From assembly GCF_009914755.1 (NCBI RefSeq), contig NC_060928.1: a stretch of DNA of 64,000 nucleotides; one strand, 5' to 3'. The notes beneath the pieces were generated by a model, which was given only the letters and a program-made list of their open reading frames with translations, was not told where the DNA came from and ran no database searches. The DNA comes from the human T2T-CHM13v2.0 reference genome, Homo sapiens. Below are positions 15,830-29,277 of the stretch, one piece after another. The translations under genes and the position numbers were made by a program. The stretch's first letter is position 1. Every line of letters starts with the position of its first letter.

Positions 15830-16030
15830 CCGATTTTAACATTTAACAGTTGAGTGACCTTGGACAAGCCTATTAACTTTTTTTACACCCCAGTTCCCTC
15901 TTCTGTAAAATGGAGATGACTATACTTAACACTTAGAATCCTTATAAGAATTAAAGAAGATAATGTGCATGAAGCCCTTCGCACATGTAAGTGCTTAGTA
16001 ATTGTCACCTATCATTCTAATATAAATTAT
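15830..16030 (+). mobile_element. MIR
   Basis: gtgaccttggacaagcctattaac...cagttccctcttctgtaaaatggag. Confidence 0.8.
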
Positions 16031-16399
16031 AAACTGTTAATAGCCTGCCCTAGTGCCATCATCCTGGTGCAGTCATTCTTATTCTCTGTTCGGAAGTTAT
16101 CTTCTGCTTACCTTGCGTTCCCATTGCAATGTATCCGCACCCTTCTCATGGAGTGCATCACTTCTTACCTTAGGTTTCAGATCATTACACAAGTTCTGTC
16201 TGCCCTGAAACTTTTAGAGGTCAGTGTCCACATTTGATTTACCTATATATCCTCATTTTCTAGACTGGTGATACACGTAGGGAACTACTTAACAAATTTG
16301 TCCCATGAAAATCTGATCCCCTTCATATTTTGAAAGTGATCATCAGATAACTTTTCCATGTAAGTTAGAACATCTCAATGGAGCCACCGGGTGCTCTTC

Positions 16400-17370
16400 C
16401 TCAGATGGTCCTCAGGGTCTCCTGACTGTCCTTCTTGTCTCCAGCCCTGGTGCCTCCACCCACGATATCTACTCAGAGTGATTTTCCAAAGGCACAGAGC
16501 TGATGAGGTTACTCCCTTGCTTTGCAATCTAAAATGGCGTTCTATGGTTACTCTAATGCTTAGCATTGCCATAGGAAAAAACTTCATGATTGTCTGGTGT
16601 TTATTCTCTCTTCTCTAGCCTTATCCCCCGCCCTTCTGTTTCCTTATGCAATGTGTAGTACCCATACTGGACTGCTTAAAATATTAAAATGTCCTAACTC
16701 ATTTTTACCCCTCTTATGTGTACTCTTTCTCTTTGTCTGGAATAAATTCCTTACCACTTTCCAGTATCACCTAGTTTACTGAGTCTCACGTATTAGGATT
16801 GGGTTTAAATGTAACCTGTATTGCCTCACCCAGAAAGCCTTTCCAGTCTACCCCTGCTTTGATTATTTCCCTATCCTCTATGCTGCCTTTGTTCCCTGTG
16901 TGTCTCTCCACAACAGCAATTAGAGCACATATGATTTATTATCTCACATATTGGTCTCAACTTTCAGTCTATGAAGTCTCTGCGCACAGAAGCTCATGAG
17001 CGTTTTCTTCCTTTCTGTGGATTACCTTTGCAAAGGCCCGAGACCACCAGAGAACCTGCCTTCCTACCTCTCTTCCTCATCTCCACCCATTCCCTGCCTC
17101 ACATTCAGTTAACACCAAACTGCATGACGTTTTCTTCAGGTGCTACTTGATTGATGCTTTCATGCATCCCTGTACGCTGCTCAACCTGCCTTTGTGACTC
17201 TTTTCCACTTTACTTTCCTGATCAATACTTCACTTATTACACAATCTTACATATTAGAGATTTATCTCTGGAGTTATTTTTTCTAGGAAAATTTTATGAA
17301 CACTAAATTTGGGTTAGATACCCTTCCCTGTTCTCTGACACATATAACACTTATGACTTCTGTTGCTTTA
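16400..17370 (+). mobile_element. L2 fragments
   Basis: cagagtgattttccaaaggcacagagctgatgaggttactcccttgc and other L2 3' motifs. Confidence 0.55.
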
Positions 17371-17526
17371 TGAATAGGTTTTTTTTTTCAACACAAATAA
17401 GGTGCTATTGAGATCTTAGACCAGATAATTATTGTTGTACGGACCGTACTGTGTGTTATAGTATGTTTAGTAATATTTCTGACCCCTATGCACTAGATGC
17501 CAGCAGTGTAAACCCTTGCCCTTGCT

Positions 17527-17948
<422 letters not shown>

Positions 17949-18679
17949 TGAGGAATATTGCTCTAGACAATAAGACTAGATCTTAGAATTCATCTTTCTG
18001 CTTATAGTGATGGATGGTTATTTGACCTTGTTCAACAAAGACTACTTATTTTGGTAGCATTATTACTAGTAAAAGGTACATGATTAGAACATAGGAAATG
18101 AATTATATTTGTCATTCATGTCTGACTCTTTTATTTATAAGAAGTTTATCTGTTTATAAACAAAACAAACAAGAAGTTTTTCTATTTGTAACAAATACAC
18201 GAGGTAATAACCAAACGTATTATAACATTACCACTGCAAGTAATAGAGAGTAAAAACTAAGTAAGTTAGTAGCCTAAGATCAAACCAAAAATGTTGCCAA
18301 AGAGTTGTAGATGTGAACAAGTTATTGTTCATTTAACGTTCTTCAGTATTTCATTTTCAGTAACATTAATTGTGTCAACATTCACTACTTTTCAAAAACA
18401 TTCTAAATTACTCTATGAATTACATGTATTTCCTTTATGGCCTGCTGATAGGGCTCATTCCTTTTCAATTTAACTCAAAACAAGTGAGGTTTATACAATT
18501 AAACATACTTTATAAACCTTGTCTGTGTGCCTAACTTTTGCATAAAGGTGTAGGACATTGCCCCTTTATTCAGTTGTGTCTGATTTCCAAAGAAAGACTA
18601 CAATTAGGTGAAAAAAATCTTGTTGGTTGTAGAGGGTTTTCAGTAGATGGAATGGGTTTGAAGAATAAGTAGGAATCTG

Positions 18680-19560
18680 CAGGTAGAAAAGTAATGGAAA
18701 TCAGGATACCATTTCCCCAAATGTGGCATCTCAGTATTTGAGGACACAGCAGAAGTAGGAAAGTCACTCTCACCTTCCCCTCAATTTTCTCCCCTAAAGC
18801 AGGCCATAAAATAATTCTCTAAATTTCCTCTACAGCAGGTCATAAAACCCTCATTCCAGAGGGTTCCTGCTATACCCAGAGTAAAGGAATGTCACACAGG
18901 GATGCCAGTAAGAATCTGGCAACAACCAGGCCTTGCTAAATTGCCTCAGGTTATTAACATTAAGTCATACTTTATTGTCCTCTAGTAATACTTCTGCACC
19001 ATTGTCCATAAAAGTTCACAAATTTCTCTGTTTCTTTGAGTCTGCAATTTTGAAAGGTCCTATGTCACATAAAACCTATGTGATATGGTTTGGTCTTGTG
19101 TCCCCTCCCAAATCTCATCTTGAATTTTGTAATCCTATATGTCAAGAGAGGAACCCTAGAAGAGGTTATTGGATCATGGGGGCAGCTTCCCCCATGCTGT
19201 TCTCATGATACTGAGTGAGTTCTCATGAGATCTGATGGTTTTATAAGTAAGTGTCTCGCCTTTCCCCCCACTCCTCTCTCCTGCCGCCCTGTGAAGAAGG
19301 TCCTTGTTTCCCTTTCACCTTCTGCCATGATTGTAAGTTTCCTGAGGCCTCCCCAGGCATGTGGAACTGTAAGTCAATGAAACCTCTTTGCTTAATGAAT
19401 TACCCAGTCTTTGGTATTTATGGTAGTATGAGGACAGACTAATACACTATGTTAAATACATTTGTATTTTTTCTCTTGTTAATCTCTCTTTCGTTATAGG
19501 ATTCTCAGCCATGAACCAAGAAATGGATGAGAAAAAGTATCATTTCTTCTTTTCAAAACA
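18680..19560 (+). mobile_element. ERV1-type LTR (MER34/MER39-like) interrupted by THE1
   Basis: gcaggtcataaaaccctcattccagagg...caggccttgctaa...tgtcacataaaac|ttaaatacatttgta...cagccatgaacc. Confidence 0.65.
19081..19446 (+). mobile_element. THE1D-like solo LTR
   Basis: tgatatggtttgg...gactaataca; perfect 5-bp TSD ctatg. Confidence 0.92.
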
Positions 19561-21544
19561 AGGCAGTAGGAAGGTACCACAGGTTGACACCAGAAAGCAA
19601 ATCAATTTTTGCTACCAGAAACTCAACAGTACAGAATATTTAAATTCTGGCTTAAGGTTCTTGTTGCTTTGGGACTGGTAAATTACCTTTTTTGTTGACT
19701 AGAAGAGGTTCACTATCTATGCTTTAAGTAACTTTTTTGTAGGCACAAAGAGCAGTATTTATGGACCTGAGTCACAATATCATCGTAGTAAACTTATTCT
19801 ATCAGAATTTCTGCTGATTTAACTATAGCATAACATTGAATATGATGAAGGTAAAAATTAAATTAAGAAAAGAAGCCCTTTCCTCTCTACAGTGAAACAG
19901 GTCTAAGTCATGCTATTTTCTTATAACTCAATATTTGGATGAGACATATTTGAAAACTATCCAAACTATATACTCCTAACATTTTTGAAAAGCTAAAACT
20001 ATTCTATAATAAAATGCTTATTTTCTTAAAGATTTCACAAGCAGAAAAAAATAGCCTGAACAAAAGAAGGTCAGCAGGGGAGGATTGTTAGGCAAAGCCA
20101 GGCAGTGAACCATTGGAAAAGGATTGAGTTTCCTATATTTTTGCAATTGCAGATCTCTAACCTTAGCCCCTCCGTGATCCTTTTCTTACTATTTGCACCC
20201 TTGCTCCCACTTCCTACTATTACTAATTAGCCTGTTTTATGTGAATTTCAGCATGCAATATTTCATATTTAATAACCCTGCATCAGAAGAAATGGGAAGT
20301 CAAAGAAGCTGGAATTTATTTCCAGGTGTTCTGGAAAGCACCAGGGGGCATTTATAGGGAACCCACAAAATTCCTCAATACCCTGAGGAGTCCACAACCC
20401 ACACTTTCAAGAATCCAATAAGTTTCAGCTGAGAATACTATAAATACCACAGAATAAGAGCCATACCCTGATCAAGCTCATTCACTGGTTAGTCAGGAGA
20501 CAGGAAGTTGAAGTTCAGGGGTAGCCGTAATTGGCCTTTGCATTTAGCACCTTGTTAACATAAATGGAGTAAGTTCACACCTCTAATCTTTCATTACTAA
20601 TGTCACCTACTAGTATCTGAACTCAATAAGATGAGGTTGGCTTGCTGGCAACGCCGCTTATTTTTCTGAACAGGAGGAAAGGGATTTAAATGTTTCAACT
20701 GAGAGACATGGAATCTGACATAGGAGGTATCTTAAGTCTTTGAGGCAGCTTCCAAAGCTAGAGGTTAAAGTCTTAAGGTCACTAAGGTTGTCACTCAGAG
20801 TACCCATGATTTCAGTCTCATCTTGTTTTATATATAGCTTTTCTTATTTTCTCTTTTCTTATGTCAGATCCTAGAGCCAAATTGATTACTGTGATTCATC
20901 CAGATAGATTACCCTCCTCTCTCCTTTATTCACAATGTACCTATCCTCTCAATGCCATTTCCTCCTGTTATCAAAAGTCTACTTCCCATTATCCCTTTAA
21001 ACTCCTGTTCAAATTCATCCTCTTTCAAAAAGTCTAAAGAATTTAAATTTTAATTTATTCTTAAAGTCTTCTTTACTTCTTCAAATGCCACTGTTTATTC
21101 CTGTCTATGATTGCTATCTTTATTATCACAAAATTTGACAACTTGTTATATGTGACCTTGTGTCTTAACATTTGTCATGTATTCTTCCTTAGCAAAATAT
21201 CAAGCTTTTTGCAGACAACTATCTCAAACTTCTCTATTCTAACAGTGCCTAAGACAGTGCCAGTGTTAGTTATGGCACTGTCAAAAAGAAAGTCACCTTT
21301 TGTAAAGCTTGCTGTTGGGAGATTGCTTACTTTGGCTGATAGACATTAGGATAGTGATTATAAGTTAAGATTGTTTAAGCCAGATAAAGAGAGATAAGCC
21401 TCTCTTTAAAAATGCCAGAGTTGGGGACATTAAAAAGGCAGTGGAAGGGTTATCTGAAAAGAGATGAGCAAGAACTTCAGGACTGAGAGAGCAGAATAAG
21501 GCTGATTAAACAGAATTTCATTTCCTCAGCTCAGAACCCAATAA

Positions 21545-21705
21545 ATATATATTTATTTAATTATACATATTAAATAATATATATATTATATAAAAATAAT
21601 ATATATAATATATAATATATAAATAATATATATATTATATAAAAATAATATATATAATATATAATATATAAATAATAAATTATATATATTATATATATAA
21701 AATAA
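21545..21705. repeat. AT-rich tract containing a 49-bp tandem duplication
   Basis: aaataatatatatattatataaaaataatatatataatatataatatat occurs twice (21572-21669). Confidence 0.9.
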
Positions 21706-22169
21706 ATGTAGAAAATTTATTTCTACAGCAACAAAACACAGGAAATAGAATCACCTAGTTTCTAATGATTCAGAAGTTGGAGGTCACATAATGAATTATT
21801 TAGGTAGTAGCTTAAAATGTCTATACACCTTGACATTGCTTTCACCTTAGAAGCCTTACTAACAAGCTTACAAATCTGGAGATTTTTTTTTACCATCTCC
21901 CTAACATTTTGAAAGAAACAAACTAAGTGGGTATTCTTAAATTCCATTATCACTGGTAAGTAGTAGATAGAGTTGCTAAAATACCTACTAAAAGAAGGAA
22001 ACCCAGGGCTCCAGAGGCACCCTGAAATTGGATAGTCGTAAGTATGCCGTGAGAATGGATTATATTTCACAACTAGGAGAAATGAAACTTGATAAAGAAC
22101 CCTTAATCAAACATCAAAAGTTAAAAATAAAAAAAGATTAGGTAACGTAAAAACTTTGCACACTCACTA

Positions 22170-23175
22170 TCCTAGAGTTCTTTATGCCACCATGCTATAG
22201 AGGAATGGACAGAATAGCAAATATCTAACACTCAAACCACCCTTTGATAAGGAAAACAAAATAGTCATGGATAAATAAGGAAGAGATTCTGTTTCAAAAA
22301 GTCACCCTGGAAATAGCAGAGACAATTGAAAATCTAGACAGAACTGCCCAGAAGTGAGGAAAATTTCAAAAACAAATGGCAGAATAACTATACAGACTTA
22401 GCTAAGGAAAAGGTGTGAGGAGTATCAAAAACATAGCATTTCAAATACAAATCAAATCTAAAAGGAAAAGTAAACAAAGGGGCAGAAGAAAATTCCTTGT
22501 AAGTGGTATCTTCTATGACAAATATAATTACTATATGAATTCAATAAACCAAAGTCTCAAAATTATGAAGATAAACTAACCACCAAAATCATAAACATAA
22601 AGCAGCAACAAAAGTTGAAAGGATATATCGAAAACCTAACGAAGAAAACAACATTATTACCAAATTAATAAATAAGTTGGAATCAGCAAGGGACCAAACA
22701 CAGCCAGCTGAAAAATCAAATTACAACAGAAAAAAAAAAGGCTTGAGACAAGCAACAATAATGCAGGCAAGAAAAGCAAATTATATTAAACCGATCAGAC
22801 AGGTGATAGGAAAAATTGATATACTTGAAACAGAGAAAAAAATAAAAAGCAACCAAAGAACATTTTCTTAAAATGAACATAGAACTAAGTTGGCAGATAT
22901 TAAGAATAGACAATATTTGAGTAAAATGTGATATAGAACAATCATCACCAATTATTATGTTTAAGTTATAGAATTTTAAGTGCAAAGAACATTTTATTTA
23001 AGCATTCAGGCAGCAAAAACAAGTTAGTCATATAATGCATAGATAGAGATAAGTAGTTATAACCCATAGGAAGATATAACCAGACTGGCTTCAGACCACT
23101 CTTCATAGAAACCTTCAATGCTGAAAGACAATGGGTCTTTGCTTATAAATATCTGAGGAGAATAAATGTGTGTAA
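22170..23175 (+). mobile_element. HAL1 or ancient L1 ORF1-like fragment
   Basis: A-rich; aagcattcaggcagcaaaaacaagtt and ccagactggcttcagac...ttcaatgctgaaagacaatgg resemble the ORF1 C-terminal coding region. Confidence 0.6.
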
Positions 23176-24409
23176 TAATGTATGTTTCAAAACATCATGT
23201 TGTATACCACAAGTATACACAATTTTTGTCAACTATAAATGACTAAATAAAAGTTGGACAGAAGTAATTTTATTCATATATTAAATCAGTGGTTATGCAT
23301 GCCTTTATTTTTCATTTATGTTATTAGCAACTGTAAGATATAAAAGTTGAGTGATTATTGTAAGTGGCATAACACTTTATATACACAAATATTTATAGAC
23401 ATTTTGACATAAACTGTGAGGTGTAAGTTTTAATTATTAGGTAACTTTTAATTATTTAAGGGAGATAAGTATTGGCATATTTGGGTGGTCTGACAGTTTT
23501 TATAGTGGTGGCTGTTGAATGCAATGAAGGATGAGTGGAACAAGGAAATGTGATGGAGAGGAGACAGTTCAAGCAGCAGGAATAGGATAAGCAAAGGCAT
23601 GAAAATGGAAGTTGTCTGGTCCATTCTGGGTAGTGAAACTCAGGTCATGATGGCATGGTTGGCAGACATGGGTGAAGGTAACAATAGAATAGTGGGTTGA
23701 CACGCATTTATGAAACGCCTTGTACACCTCTTATATTTTATGCATGAACTAGCATGAAACCACAGAAGCTTTTAGAAATAGAAGTGCCTTTTAGGGTATC
23801 TAGTTTCTAACCCACCACCTAAAAAGATTAATATAGGAACAGCTTCTGTATTATCTTACATACTTTAATTCAGATGCATTCATTATCTTTTATTCTTTTA
23901 AGAGAAAAGAAATGCATGACTTTCAAAGGATATCCTGACATAATTTTTTGAACAGCTACACATGTATTAAATATGTAGCACGTGTAAGACCCTGTTCTTG
24001 GAACAGGATCATTTCTGAATTTATAGTACTATATTATAATCACTAATGTTTAGCTGGATAACCTGAAGTTTTGTCAGTAAAAATACTATCAGGATTAGTA
24101 ACATAAGGGAATCAATTCATTGATCTAAACAGGTTCTTAAAATGGTTAGAAAATATAAGGCTTTGTCTTAGAAATCAAGAAAATTCAATTTTGCCAAACA
24201 TTATGTTCCCTAAGTATTCTGCTTTTCTGAATTCTACTCTAGTGAGTAAAGCACTGTGAAAGACTGGCTCTTTTTTTATCGCCATGGCTGAGAATATCAG
24301 CTGTGTTAATCATTTTCAAATTCTTACCCCCTGTAGAAATGGACAATTTCTTTTTTCCTCAATGACCTGATAGCTAGTTTCTTGTGTAGAAAAGAACATT
24401 GATTATACC

Positions 24410-24600
24410 TCAGGACGTAATTATTAGCTGTATAATCTTGGCTATGAGAGTCAGCCTCTGGGACTGTAAGTTTCCTTACCTGTAAACAGGAAGAATACTA
24501 AGTAGTGGCCACGGTTATGGTAAACATTAAGTGAGTTAATATATAGAAAGGATCTACAAAGTCATACTGTATGTGCACAATAAATATTAATCAGCTACAT
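24410..24600 (+). mobile_element. MIR
   Basis: attagctgtataatcttgg...agtttccttacctgtaaa. Confidence 0.6.
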
Positions 24601-25157
24601 TTCTCCTTCTTTTGTCAATGGTGTGGAATCAAGAAACCAGATATTTTTATGATTTAAATTCATAGTATTAGCTTGTACAGACACTTAAGCAATTAAAGCC
24701 CTTGACTATAATACATCTCTTATGTTTCTTCCAGGACTGAAACCTGTGAGATAAATATTGTGTAAAGTTGTTTTCAAGAGCAGTTATAGGGTGCAGGGGA
24801 GTGAAAGCATTTAGCATTGCTACCCAAATGGTTATAAAATCTGGTCTGTACAATGCCTGAGAAGTAACTCATTGCTTCACAAAGAGTCAGGGAAGCGCAG
24901 GCACTAAGAAGAGCATAACTATTGTACACAGACAACTTTTACTCTTATTTTTGCCTATTTTACTCTGAAGGATATTGTTCACAGACGGCAAATTCACACA
25001 CCCGAATGAAACTCCTATGAGACCCACATGCACGGATTTATTCAGGTCAGTCTGATCACTGGCTGAAACTTGTGCATCCCAAATGCTATAATTTATGTTT
25101 TTTTGGAGAGAATTATTTTGGAAAAGTTCTCATCCAGAAGCTGATTATGAAATAGCT

Positions 25158-25460
25158 GGCCAGGTGCAGTGGCTCATGCCTGTAATCCCAGCACTTTGGG
25201 AGGCCGAGCCAGGCGGATTACCTGAGATCGGGAGTTCGAGACCAGTCTGGCCAACATCGTGAAACCCCATCTCTACTAAAAATACAAAAAAATTATCCAG
25301 GTGTGGAGGCGTGCACCTGTAATCCCAGCTACTCGGTAGGCTGAGGCACGAGAGTCGCTTGAACCCAGGAGGCCAGAGGTTGCAGTGAGCCGAGCTCATG
25401 CCTCTGTACTCTAGCCTGGGCAACAGAGCAAGACTCAGTCTCAAAAAAATTAAAAAAAAA
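25158..25460 (+). mobile_element. AluS
   Basis: Full Alu with poly-A; TSD gaaat(a/g)gc. Confidence 0.95.
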
Positions 25461-27384
25461 GAAATGGCAGGACTTTGATTTTCCATTTACAGTTCTTCCT
25501 TTCTGTGAAGAGCCTGGAAAGTGACAGGCCAGAAGTGAAATGGCAGGCAGTAAGAAATGAGTTTCATTGTCATTCTGAATTTTCTCAAACCTCTTCATCA
25601 TTTAGGATAACTGGTAACATTTTATGATTTTGGAGAATAAGTTAAATAGTATTTCTCTTTGATAAATTATTACTGATTTAACCAATGGAAAACTTGAAAG
25701 AACTTCAGCACACATAGGTTAAACAAATTACGAACTGTGGCCCACATATGTGAATACTGATTTTAAATTTCAGCTGGGCTACATTTTACAGGCGTTAAGA
25801 AACAATCATACTAGAAGAATAACAAATAGTGTAGAAGACTGCATAAATTGTATGCTTTTTATTTAGTTAGGTTTTCTGGCATTCCTGCAGAATATGGTTC
25901 TTATGAAAGATCATTTATTTCTTCATTAGGTGGTATTGGAATCCATTTAAGCAGAGGTGATATGGATCCAGACTCCACTGAATGGCCACACTGATTTAAG
26001 TGTCTTGGTCTTAAGTGGAGGCTACTCAAAATAAAGACCAAGTATGAAAATATTCCAGATGGAAATACTACTATGTTAGAGGTATTATGACTTTTCTTGT
26101 TAAATCTTCTCTAAAATTAACCCTTGGCTCAAACACTGCGGGTAAACAAGCATCACTTCAAGATATTTAGATCTATGGGTTCAATAGGGCAATATAGCAA
26201 CTTATTTCAAAAGTAAAAATATCATGTGCGAAGATCAACTCTATTCCCTTGCCAAACAAAATTCCATTAACTAACTTAAATTGGACTTAATAACAATCAC
26301 ATAAACTAATTAGTTTCCATTTATAACTCCATTAGGAGTATTATTCATCACAGCATTGCCCGATAGAGCTGTGCTTCTTCAGACTTTCAACAGATTAAAT
26401 AAATATAACCTGGGGTGCTAATTATACAATGATGATGCAGAGACTCCAAGATTTCTCCCTTAATATAGATAGAATTTTTGTGAAATGGATTTTTTTTTCA
26501 GAAAATGTCCTTGGTCTAAACTCTTGATTTTCTTATTTTATATTTTAAATGAGTGTGCATCCCTAACATATGATTGGAGCTATCATATCCTGTGGGCATT
26601 GGTGATAACTTTGCTTTTGCAAATCCAGATAACCTTTATTTTTGCATTATTCACAAGGTACATCACTTTCCAAGTGCTCTGTCTTATGTAGTTTTAGAAT
26701 TCTTTGTGGTTCATAGATGGAAATTAGATGACCCATAGCTCATGCCCTACTCCTGGAACTCTACCAGTATTGTGTCTCAGGGCTTGCTCCTGAAACTTTA
26801 AAAAAATTTAAAGCATTTTCCTCCATAATCTCATGCTCGTAGTACTATGTGCTTATACCTCCCAAATCCATAACCACAACTAGAATCTCTTGGGTATCTC
26901 CACTTGATTTGATTACAATGAAACTTTCATTTCTGCTCATCTAGGGCACAGACAATGGAACCAAATGACCTGAGTTGGTAGCCCGAATTGGAAAACCATC
27001 TAGCACCAAATAAACTCTCAATACATACTAATCATCTGTTATTATTACTGAAGAGCTGTGAAGCCTAATGCAAACTTCCAGGTTTGCTTCATTAAGAACC
27101 TGGTGAAAAACTACAGACAGATATAATTAAGAATAGCTCCCTAATGATAACTAAATATCTCTTTTTTATTGTGTAGCCATTCCTCAGGTTCTTTTCAAGT
27201 TATCCTGTTTTTGCTTTCAGAATCATTTAGTTTGAATGCCACTTCCTTGTTCAAGACCTTATTACTATTCTCAGAATTCTTACTGTCTGCAGTTAAAATC
27301 CAGAGCCAAAACTGAACACCAGAATATTCCCAAGGACTAAATATTTATCCCTCAGAAGGAGTGCTCTCACTAATATACTCTAGA

Positions 27385-27605
27385 ACTTGGGTGGGTGGGA
27401 GTAGGGGGAATTCCATCAGTGGATTATTTTATAAATAAAGTTTATTGATACAGTCACATCCATTATTCATTTGTGTTGTATCTGTGGCTATTTTCACACC
27501 ACAATGGCAGCATTAAGTAGCTGCAAAACAGAATATATGGCCAATAAAACCTAAGATGTTTGTTATTTGGCCTTCTACAAAACAATTTTGCCAGCTCCTG
27601 CTTTA
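27385..27605 (+). mobile_element. MER58A (hAT-Charlie fossil)
   Basis: taaataaagtttattg...tggcagcattaagtagctgc...ttggccttctacaaaacaattttgccagctcctg. Confidence 0.8.
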
Positions 27606-28484
27606 GAAATTTCTGTCCTCACTAAAACCTGTATCATAGCAGTTGACATCATATTCCCATTTAAGAATTTTCAATTTCAATGAAACATGTTATATACTTA
27701 ATTGTATACTCAAATTTGTATTAGTTTCATAATTTGATAGTTAAAGTATTTTGGCTTTATGTTTGCATAAGAACTATAAACATAAGGAGTTTATGTGTTT
27801 TTGTTTGAAATTAAAGTATTATAAGTAATTTAAGTATGTATTAAAGGTCTAGGAGCATTTGATTTTCTTTAACAAAGTCCTTTTCTCTTAAGTTTGAAAA
27901 ATCTTTCACTAGATAATTAATTAAAAATTCTGACCTACATGGCTGTAAGCTGGCACTGGGCTTCATGAGCCTTCTCTGGGCTTCATCTGTACTCTGGATC
28001 TATAGCAGCTACTCAGACTCTTTGACATTAAGAACTTGTTTTTTTTCACCCCATATATCTAATTAATACTCTTTTAAAAATCAATAAAATAATTATTGAA
28101 ATATGATCATGAACTTGGATGTGCAATTATGTCAAATAGCTACAAAATTTACTGAATGTACATTCTCAATTTCTGTACTCATCTCATGGAATATCAGAAA
28201 CAACAAGAAGTGGGTGAACACCAGCTAATGGACCATGGTAGCACTGGACTGCAGTATGCATATGGGATATGGAAGCCATTGAAAAGGGAAAAGGGGAAGG
28301 GATTGTCTCTAAATTTAAGGATCATCTGGATTTCTAAAGTAAGCTTAGAAATGAGTAAATTTCTCCCCATTCTTTGTAGAAAATCTTTAGGACCCTTAAA
28401 TCTACTTTGCATAATGTCTACATTTGGACACTGAGGACCATGACTTTTTGGAAACACATTTGAAAGTATATCCACTGTCCACTG

Positions 28485-28950
28485 TGTTCATTTATTAATC
28501 ATAAATGTAGCAAATATTGAACAGATAAGATGTTCCAAAAACTTCTAGTTACTGAAGATAGAGCCTTGAGCAAGACAAAAATCCCTGCTCTCATATGGTA
28601 TATATCATAGTAAGGGAAATTGGAAAATGAACAAACAAATACATCAGCAAGAAAAAACTGAGAATAACAATTGGTGTTATGCAGGGAATTAAAACAATGT
28701 GATTTGATACATCTTGACAGGGTGTCTGCTTTCATTTGGGTAGCTAGCCAAGCCCTCACTAAAAAGCTGCCCTTTAGGCTGAAATGTGAATGATAAGAAG
28801 GAAGTGGCCATGATTAGGGAAAAATAATTCACAAAGAAAAAAACAGGAAGTGAAAAGTTCTCAATGAGATCATGACTTTGGCGAGTCAGAGTGAAGAAAC
28901 AAGGCTTTGTGGCTGAATTGTCATAGGTGACAAGGAACACGATAAAAGGT
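28485..28950 (-). mobile_element. L2
   Basis: ttcatttatt...caagacaaaaatccctgctctcat...ggctgaaatgtgaatgataagaagga. Confidence 0.7.
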
Positions 28951-28964
28951 AAAATCATAGAGGT

Positions 28965-29277
<313 letters not shown>

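Noticed and set aside
21253-21282. 10-bp inverted repeat gacagtgcca/tggcactgtc (also ctttgccc/gggcaaag at 31031-31052)
   Set aside because: Short stems at a frequency compatible with chance; no RNA-gene context.
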